A stretch of 57,505 nucleotides of DNA, from assembly GCA_945828345.1 (NCBI GenBank), contig CALZRA010000001.1:1-57505 (forward strand), given 5' to 3'. The notes beneath the pieces were generated by a model that searched no databases, had not been told where the DNA came from, and was given only the letters and a program-made list of their open reading frames with translations. Position numbers and translations under genes: made by a program. This document shows positions 55,696 to 57,505 of the stretch, piece by piece (the stretch's first letter is position 1; each line of letters begins with the position of its first letter). The stretch comes from an uncultured Bacteroidales bacterium (GTDB lineage Bacteria > Bacteroidota > Bacteroidia > Bacteroidales > Bacteroidaceae).

Positions 55696-55896
55696 AAGTT
55701 TATAGCTTAAAAGTTTAAAGTTTACAGTTTATAGTTTATAAGGATAGTCATTGAGCGGCTGATACTATATGCCACATAGTGACACTTGGTTTAAAGTTGA
55801 AGAGCTTAGAGTTTATAAGGTTACTATGAAGCGCAGTATCAGCCGCTCAATGACTATCCTTATAAACTATAAACTTTAAACTTTAAGCTATAACTC
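55696..55896. repeat. Long hairpin with 41-bp perfect stem and AGTTTAT-type heptamer arms upstream of dnaA
   Basis: 55726-55766 is the exact reverse complement of 55835-55875; imperfect pairing extends outward and inward. Confidence 0.9.
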
Positions 55897-55934
55897 CTCA
55901 ACGATTCAACTTAAAACTTGACCTATAGGATTGT

Positions 55935-57320
55935 ATGGATTCAACCCCCCACACACTCTGGCAGCAATGTCTGGACATCATACGCCAAACGGTTCCCGAG
56001 CAGCACTTCAGGACATGGTTCGAACCGTTGGAACTCGTCAGCTTGGAGGCTGGCGAGCTGCTGCTGTGTGTGCCCAACCAGTTCTTCTGCGAGTATTTCG
56101 ACCAGCACTACGCCGCCTACCTGATGCGTGCCATGAATGCCGTGTGCGGTGGCAAGGTGAAGTTGAACTACAAGCTCAAGCCGGCTCCCGTGCAGAATGC
56201 AACCAACGAGCCGCTGCTTGTGGTGCGCAATGATGCCGGGCAGAACCGTAAGGGGAATCCGCAGGCTGCTCCCAAACCAGCACCTGTTGATCCACAACTC
56301 AATCCGCGCTACACCTTTGAGAACTTCGTAGAAGGCGCAAGCAACAAGCTGGCCCGCAGTGTGGGCATCAGTATCGCCGAGACACCGGGCAAGATAGCCT
56401 TCAATCCCTTCTTCCTCTATGGGCCGAGTGGAGTGGGGAAGACCCATCTGGTCAATGCCATCGGTGTGCGTATTCGAGAACTCTATCCCGAGAAGCGGGT
56501 ACTCTTCGTGTCAGCTCATGTGTTCAAGACCCAGTTCACCGATTCGGTCATCCACAACACGCAGAACGAATTTATCAACTTCTACCAGACCATCGACGTG
56601 CTCATCATCGATGACATTCAGGAGATTACGACAGCCAAGACGCAGCAGTCATTTTTCCACATCTTCAACCACCTGCAACAGAACAACCGGCAGATCATTA
56701 TCACCTGTGACCGTCCGCCCGTACTGCTCGAAGGCATGGAAGAGCGTATGCTGACGCGCTTCAAGTGGGGCATGACAGCCGAAATGGAGAAGCCCGACAC
56801 CCAGTTGCGCCGTGACATTCTCGTGTCAAAAATCCGGAAAGACGGTCTGGTCATACCGCCCGAGGTGGTGCAGTATATAGCCCAGCATGTGGAGAGTAGT
56901 GTGCGTGAACTCGAAGGTATCATCAACTCTATCATGGCCTATTCGGTCGTTGACAACTGCGAGATAGACTTGCAGCTTACCCAGCGCATTGTGGCACGCG
57001 CCGTAAACTTGGAACAGAAAGGACTGACGTCTGATGATATCCTTTCGGCTGTATGCAGCCGCTATGGGGTAAAGGCCAAGGAGCTGGTGTCGAAAAGCCG
57101 CAAGCAGGCAGTGGTGCTGCCCCGCCAGTTGGCCATGTACCTGATACACAAGTACACCGACATGTCCTACAGCCAGTTGGGGCGCCTTTTCGGCAAGCGC
57201 GACCACAGCACGGTGCTCTACGCCTGTAATCAGATAGCCCATCGCATATCGGTCGACAAGCAGTTCCGTCGCGAAGTGGAGGAACTCGAAGCTGCGCTCA
57301 AGAGCAGCGGAGGCCGATAG
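55935..57320 (+). CDS. dnaA: Chromosomal replication initiator DnaA
   Basis: LNPRYTFENFVEG, FNPFFLYGPSGVGKTHL, IIDDIQ, VRELEG, RQLAMYL, RDHSTVLYA. Confidence 0.97.
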   Translation: MDSTPHTLWQQCLDIIRQTVPEQHFRTWFEPLELVSLEAGELLLCVPNQFFCEYFDQHYAAYLMRAMNAVCGGKVKLNYKLKPAPVQNATNEPLLVVRNDAGQNRKGNPQAAPKPAPVDPQLNPRYTFENFVEGASNKLARSVGISIAETPGKIAFNPFFLYGPSGVGKTHLVNAIGVRIRELYPEKRVLFVSAHVFKTQFTDSVIHNTQNEFINFYQTIDVLIIDDIQEITTAKTQQSFFHIFNHLQQNNRQIIITCDRPPVLLEGMEERMLTRFKWGMTAEMEKPDTQLRRDILVSKIRKDGLVIPPEVVQYIAQHVESSVRELEGIINSIMAYSVVDNCEIDLQLTQRIVARAVNLEQKGLTSDDILSAVCSRYGVKAKELVSKSRKQAVVLPRQLAMYLIHKYTDMSYSQLGRLFGKRDHSTVLYACNQIAHRISVDKQFRREVEELEAALKSSGGR

Positions 57321-57388
57321 GATTGGAGGGAGCTTTCTGGTCTTTTCCCGGCGTTTCTGAGGTTTTTTGAAAAAAAGTGGGGAAAAAA

Positions 57389-57419
57389 TTTGCCCAATCA
57401 GCCAAAAGCCGTACTTTTG
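57389..57419 (+). promoter_or_regulatory. Consensus promoter for the tRNA gene
   Basis: TTTG (57389-57392), 19-nt spacer, TACTTTTG (57412-57419). Confidence 0.8.
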
Positions 57420-57459
57420 CACCCGTATTCGCGAAGCGGAGCTTCCGAAACCCTTTGAT

Positions 57460-57505
57460 TGGGGTATGGTGTAATGGTAACACTGCAGATTCTGGTCCTG
57501 CCTTT
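57460..57505 (+). tRNA. tRNA-Gln (anticodon CTG), truncated by the window end
   Basis: TGGGGTA acceptor 5' strand, D-arm GTGTAATGGTAACAC, anticodon arm GCAGA-TTCTGGT-CCTGC. Confidence 0.88.

Noticed and set aside
55692-55934. oriC next to dnaA
   Set aside because: AT-rich, but no recognisable DnaA boxes; the sequence is explained by a hairpin repeat element.

Overview
GC-rich Bacteroidales (Prevotellaceae-like) chromosomal window, judged from TAnnTTTG promoters, gene content and Prevotella-type repeats. Housekeeping genes: maeB (partial), an argR-GNAT-argG-argC-argD-OMP cluster, prmA, holB-ricT-gldH, an LTA-synthase/sulfatase, rsfS-ftsH-cdsA, folA/thyA, an RsmB/F methyltransferase, amidase-mlaD-dnaA and a partial tRNA-Gln. 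The accessory core (17.6-38.6 kb) is a minus-strand surface-structure operon: DUF3575, DUF3868/OmpA-like, Mfa1-like pilin, Mfa2-like anchor, a minor pilin, a 4337-aa seven-module beta-helix protein with a T9SS tail, and a four-helix-bundle gene. Its promoter carries a G11 tract, two of its genes have low-GC interior segments, and 9-bp TCCGGA repeat islands mark both ends and one internal junction. Intergenic DNA is dominated by nested hairpin elements: heptamer-repeat arms, REP cores, a 66-bp palindrome insert and a TA-flanked MITE. Two REP copies share 115 identical bases in inverted orientation around a transglutaminase-like gene. A WYL regulator sits beside a separately transcribed small membrane-protein gene whose promoter holds a GTGCC-N7-GGCAC palindrome. 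All family calls come from motif recognition by eye; no searches were run.
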